Source of the DNA: Azolla caroliniana
Lineage: Eukaryota; Plantae; Polypodiophyta
Assembly (NCBI GenBank): GCA_043228905.1
Contig: JBHGNT010000014.1
Span: forward strand, 3,658,001-3,722,000
Length of the DNA: 64,000 nucleotides
Reading direction: 5' to 3'
In this document: in pieces, positions 58,643-64,000 of the stretch
How positions within the stretch are numbered: position 1 is the stretch's first letter
How the letters are laid out: every line of letters begins with the position of its first letter
Translations under genes and position numbers: made by a program
The notes under the pieces: model-generated
What the model saw: only the letters and a program-made list of their open reading frames with translations
What the model was told of the DNA's origin: nothing
The model's database searches: none

Positions 58643-60938
58643 AGACGGGCCGGTTTTCTCCGTCCCAACTCTCTTGGCGCATACCGGAGGATGCGCGGTT
58701 AGGTGGGGGCGGATGTCGTGAAGAAAACCGTCCATAAGCGGAATCGGCGCACCAAGGCGTGGGAACCGGTTCTTCACGCGCGCACGCTCCAAGTGGTACA
58801 TAGAAGCGAATTAGGAGGATAATCGGCAGGAACGGGCCCTAACACGAGTGGAGACAAAGACCGCGCGAACAGTCTTTTCGGTCGCGCGCGCGAACTGTAC
58901 GAGTCGGCGGCGTAACTACGCGGATGCGTGAAGAACGGAGCGGATCCCTGTCCAAACGGGACAGGGAATAAAGCTGACATGACGGCCTGCTCGTCGGCCT
59001 ATATAAGGAGCAGGAAAGAGTTGTTGCAGGGATCTCGCGCAGAGAGGACGAAGTGCCGTCGGACCGTTTCTGGACGCTTCTCTCTCTGTTTCCTTCCTTC
59101 TTGAGCTCCATAGCTTTTCTGTGCAGGGTCCCGAGGAGGCTCGCGCTGTTTCGAGGAACGCCCGAGTGCTTCCGGTAGCACCTCCGGCCTGCTACCCCTT
59201 TGTGCGTCGAAGCGACCAAGCATCGGCATCTGTTCGCCGGCCTGGTCGGTTGTAACCAACCTGTGCCCCATCGAGGGTTGTAGTCGTGTTAGCCATTTTT
59301 GTTAATATACATATTTAGTCATTCGCATCTGTCTGTGTCGGTGTCTGTTCGCGTTCTCCGTGCTGAAGGGCCGTGTCCCTGTGTATCCCCGGTCCTGCGT
59401 AGCCGGTTCTCTCTCTTTCTCCTCCCTCGCTTGCTCTTTGGTTCGAGACCCCCGCGGTTCCGCCTCGTTTCCATACGCACTTGCGTAATATCTCGACACC
59501 GGTCCATCGTGTGGCTTTGAGATTGGCAGAGTAAGCAGTGCGTCCACATGGTGCATTCCAGTGCTGAGTGTCCGGGATTCAAGCAGGTCGTGCATTGGAT
59601 TGCTTGCGGGAAACGGAGATCCTCCTCGGTTGGTAACGCTCGTTGCAGGGCTCCCATTGTTAGCCAAGAGCTCGTTTTTTCCATTTCTCTAACCTGGTCG
59701 ATGACCTGGTCGACGATGCTTGCGTGAAAGTCAATGACCGTGCATACCATTTGTAGAGGTTCTCGGAGCGCGGCTAAAAATATAGCCTGTGTTTCTTCCT
59801 CTGAAGGTGCGCGGGTAAGCTGACTGTGCATCCGTTGAAACCGGATGACAAACTGCGGAATGCTTTCCCCGAGGTCCTGTCGGATGGTATAGAATAGACC
59901 CACCATTTCTCTCTGGTCCACCTCCTTCTGAAAGAAGTGTAAGAATTTTTCTTTTAGGTCCGCAAAGGTGGTGATGGTGTTGGGGTCCTGTGTCCAGTGC
60001 CATCTGGCGGCCGGTCCTTCCAATGTCACGCCAAATTCGGCTATCTTAGATCGTTCCTCTTCGGCCGCGATTAACCATTGTGACACATGGTTCACCTCCC
60101 ACGTTTGCTGAAACGCGTGAACATGAGCCTCCGCGTCCGGGTCATCCCTATACTTGGAGTACCGGAATGGCATGTCGTCGTCCGGTGTCGGTACGCAGGT
60201 TGGCGGTATCGGTGGTCTTTCCTTCTGTTCCGTCGGCGTTAGAGTTCTTTGCCGGTCTTCCCTTGGTGTTTCCGGCTCGACTTCCGGTGTCAGAGGTCTT
60301 TCTTTGTCTTCTTCCGTCTCCAGAGGTTGCTCCATGTCTAGTGTCGGAGGTTCCCAGTCTGCCAACTCTGGTTCCGGTGTCGGTACTGTATCTGACTCCT
60401 CGTCCTCCGATCGTTACTGCTGCAATAGTTCGTGTGCGCACTGTAACCCCCTTCTGAATCCGATTCCAGCATTGAAAATGCTTCGGATTCGCCGTCTCTT
60501 TCGGCCAAGGCCTGGAGAAGGGATTCCACTTCCCGGAGACTGCTTAAGCTGCTTCCTTCGTCCGGGTAGGCGTTTTGTTGTAGACGGAGCGACTCCTCCG
60601 CCACTTTCCGAATCACTTTGGAAAATGATCGATCCGATCATATTTCTTCCGCTGCTTGCTGGAAAGCCTCTCGCCGCCTTCGCCGTTCAACAAGTCTTCG
60701 TGCTCCCTCCGTAACCGGGTCATCTATTGGCCTAGTCATCCATTCCCGCCGCTGTTCACTGCAATTGTGCAGGAATCGTGGTCGCCAAAAATTGTGTTAA
60801 TCCTAGGGCCGGACAATAGCCTAGCACAGGGTGTCCACTTAAGACACTTCACCAAAGGGTGTTACGGCAAGATGACTCATGGCACAACGCTTAATTAGAC
60901 CTTAATTGATTACTTAGCAACACATCATTAACACGCGT

Positions 60939-62340
60939 TGTCGTGACGTGGCTCGCCTAGAAGCGTAGCGTTGCGCACTCAAAGGATAACGTGAAAGTGA
61001 GGAAGGAATCACTAGGATTATGGACGGAAGAGACGAAAGAGTAGAGATGGAGTGAATAGAGATCAATAAGATATGAAAAAATAGGATTTTTAAGGAATTT
61101 AAGATAAGACAAGATAAGATATAAAATAATATATGAGAAAGTGTATGAAATTTATAATCATTTTCATGAAAGAGTTACAAAATGATTGTGCATGTCGTTG
61201 AATCTCCGAACTTTTTCTTGCAAGGTAATCACTCTCTCTTTCTTGATCGTAGACCACCACAATCTTCACTTCAATACTTTGATGAAGATAAGGCTCGAAC
61301 CGCCTCCCTCTTGTTGAGAGTTGACCACCACGACCGCCAAGCTAGAGCTCCACCTTTATCTTGAACTTCTTCCTTTCTTTCTCTATTTTATGGTGTCTCT
61401 TATGTAATATATATTTGATTGATATCTCATACATATCTCCCTTTGATCTTCTCTTTCACCATTTAAATAGGTGCCCCCATGCATATGATGCATTGGAGGG
61501 TACAAGTCATGCATGTAGTGCATGAAATGCATGATCGCCATTTGGCGTTCATGCATTACATGTGATGCATGATAAACATGTCGCTCATTTGAGCTTTTAT
61601 GTATGAAACAATATATGCAATAACAATAAACATGAAAATATAATCTTAAAGAGAAAGGGCCTAGCCTAATGGTAGGTGTGTCGACTTTGGTGTATGAGGT
61701 TGTGGGTTTGAGTCTCAAAATGCTATTGAATACAACATACAACTTTATTTTTATATCATGAAGCAAATCCTTTATGTAATATAAAGTATATATAAAGTAT
61801 GCTTTATTTTATGTATATTACTAGTATAGAGTAAATGGTAAGATTTGAGAGTCATAGGGTGGGGTTATTGGTTCAAGTCCTCTCTTGTTTGTGTAATATA
61901 ATATATTTATCTATATATATATATTATTTTTCTTTACATATATATAATATTATCATATGTGTTGTTAATATTATCTTTATATATAAAAAATTATCAAATG
62001 TTATTTTAGTTACGTATTTATCTTATTGTAGACTTTTAATGTGAAGCTTTCGTACTTCACGACATCCACCCCCTCTAGACTTGCACATCCTCCGGCATGT
62101 GCCACTATCTTTCATCTTCATGTTGATCTATTGGACGAGGTTCAAGCTCAAACCTTTTCTTAAATACTTTTATCCTCTTTCCAGCTACCACGTTTAGGAT
62201 TAGTGTCCCATCCAATTCACTAAGCTTATAAGTCAAGTTATCATATACTTTTCTTACTATATAAGGCCCAAAACATCTTTCAGCAAACTTGCGGACGGTG
62301 CTATGTTGATTATCTAAACTGCTATCATACACGAGCACCC
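60939..62340 (-). mobile_element. 3' end (integrase tail, PPT, 3' LTR 60939-62064) of another AT-rich Trp-lineage gypsy
   Basis: VLVYDSSLDNQHSTVRKFA..CFGPY...VAGKRIKVF; AGAGGGGGTGGA-TGTCGTGA on the minus strand. The LTR is homologous to 33198-33878 (CATGCA cluster, GCACCTATTTAAA). Confidence 0.9.
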
Positions 62341-64000
62341 TGTTGGGATTACGGTCCCTTTCGGATGGGATGGTCGGATATCGGAGATGAATGCCGACAA
62401 GCCCGGTTTCGGTTTCGGAACCGGATGATGAAGACCCCGGCTTCGGAGCCGGATGACGAATGTACCCGGAGCGAGATCCGGATGCGGGGACATATCTGTG
62501 AATATGTTTGCCAAGGGCCCTTGAGGCTATAGTTGTAAATAGCCCCAAAGTCATATGTGTATAAATATGACTTAGGGCAAACAGTTTGAATGCTGCTGAT
62601 CATTTTTCTGTTTTTCCACTCAAGAGGAGTGAAGAGGGAGCAGCCGTGAGAGAGAGAGAGAGAGAGATAGAGCGTGAGAGAGGAAGAGGACGACGCCTCT
62701 TTGTATTTCCGCCTCCTGTGGCGAGGACAGCGAGCTCAAGGTCGTCGCCTTGCAGCTCGCCATTGTATACTTCTCTGTATAGTGTTGGTTTGGAGTCTTG
62801 TACTCCCGTGGTTTTTCCCATCTAGGGTTTTCCACGTTAATCCCTGTGTGTTCGCGTTTTGTTTCTCTTTGTGGTTCCTATTTTCTGCTCCATTGATTCG
62901 TGCTTACTCGGTTGTGGCCGAGCGGTGAAGGTGAATCGAAGCGTTGATTCCCAACAAACTGGTATCAGAGCGAACTGCTGCAGAAAATGGAAGGCGGCGG
63001 CAGCGGGCAGCCGGGGATGATGGTGCTGAATGCGCAGAATTACGCCGACTGGAAGATCAAGATGGAGGATCTTCTGATTGTTCGGGACCTGTACGAACCG
63101 ATTGACAGGTCGGAAATACCGAAAGGGGTACTTGAGTCGGAATGGAGGCTTCTGAACCGGAAAGCCGTTGCAACCATTCGGCAATACGTCGACGTGAGCG
63201 TTCTACAACATGTGGCGAACGACACCAACGCATATGAGATGTGGCGGAAGCTGTCGGGCCTCTATGAGAGGAAGAATGCGTTGAACCGGACCTCCCTGAT
63301 GAGGAAGATAGTGAATCTCAAGTACCGGGACGGCGAGAGTATGGTGGAACACGTAAGCACGTTCATGGGATTCGTGAATCAGCTTGCGGCGATCAAGTTC
63401 CCGTTGGAGGATGCAATGCAAGCCATCATCCTGATGTGTACATTGCCGGAAAGCTGGGAGAACTTGGTGGTGACTCTCAGCACCTCCTGCACAGAAGATA
63501 ACTTGTCCTTACAAACGGTAAAGACAAGTATTTTGAACGAAGAAGCGCGTCGGAGAGATAAAGAACCGGCCTCCGACCCGAAGGCGCTGCTTACCGAATC
63601 GGATCGGGGAAGACAATGGAACCGGAGTCCGCAAAGACGGGAGAAGTCGGGGACCCGGTCGCAGTCAAGAGGAAGGCCCACATGCTTCCACTGTGGGAAG
63701 CCGGGGCATTTCCGAAAGAATTGTCGGCATTACCGAAAAGACAACGGAGCCGACGACACCGATTCGAAGAAGTCACCGGAGAGAAACGGTGCATACCGGG
63801 GAGCCACGGACCGGAGAGGTTCGGATCGGCGAGGGCAGGACCGGAAAGGAACGACGGCACTCGCGGCAAGTGAGGAAGAAATCATGCTCATCACCGAAGA
63901 AGGTGAACTAAACATTGCCGGCGATGAGACGACCTGGGTGGTCGATTCCGGAGCATCGTTCCACCTGACCCCGGAGAGAAGATACTTCTCATCCTACACA
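62341..64000 (+). mobile_element. Third copy of the young copia family: 5' LTR 62341-62956, PBS 62960-62971, gag ORF from 62987 running off the window
   Basis: TGTTGGGA...TCCCAACA, TGGTATCAGAGC, and MEGGGSGQPGMMVLNAQNY nearly identical to 22475. Confidence 0.96.

Larger units (their letters stand above)
52208..59498 (+). mobile_element. Intact young GC-rich Ty3/gypsy (Trp-primed lineage); 785-bp LTRs 52208-52992 and 58714-59498; TSD CCGG
   Basis: TGTCG...CGACA LTRs with about 10 substitutions counted by eye. PBS 52997-53014, PPT 58701-58713. Removing the element restores the host TMDR|CEYNLL. Confidence 0.98.
44495..60938 (-). mobile_element. Non-chromoviral Ty3/gypsy with an extra 3' ORF; partial LTRs 60795-60938 and ~44495-44720; split by the 52208-59498 insertion
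   Basis: PBS TGGCGACCAC (60778-60787, tRNA-Arg-like). Gag 59499-60365 plus 51637-52207, protease IDGGSG (50485-51561), RT FLDD (49744-50421), RH (49270-49719) and IN (~48300-49093). Confidence 0.92.

Overview
Land-plant nuclear DNA, possibly from a fern or other seed-free plant (a guess from the PPR gene style and transposon lineages, not proven). There is one intact host gene, an intronless PLS-E+ class PPR organellar RNA-editing factor (1821-3866). The remaining ~60 kb is a deeply nested retrotransposon cluster of Ty1/copia, Ty3/gypsy and LINE fragments. Main observations: (1) An atypical Ty3/gypsy lineage is present in five coding copies, one intact at 52208-59498. It has a tRNA-Trp PBS, 4-bp CpG-centred target duplications, a D-H-G protease motif and a Gag-PR / RT-RH-IN split. 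The two ORFs are joined by a G_GAU_UUU slippery site and a predicted pseudoknot whose pairing is conserved in a diverged relative. (2) AT-rich LTRs of that lineage carry antisense tRNA-like A-box/B-box modules. (3) An apparent three-LTR tandem copia is better explained by a reciprocal LTR-LTR inversion between two opposed insertions, shown by swapped TSDs and chimeric LTRs. (4) A non-chromoviral gypsy has a ~3 kb extra ORF and a hairpin where the PPT should be. (5) A 2060-bp-period tandem duplication has a patchwork templated filler at its junction. All comparisons were made by eye, and boundaries of degenerate fragments are approximate.
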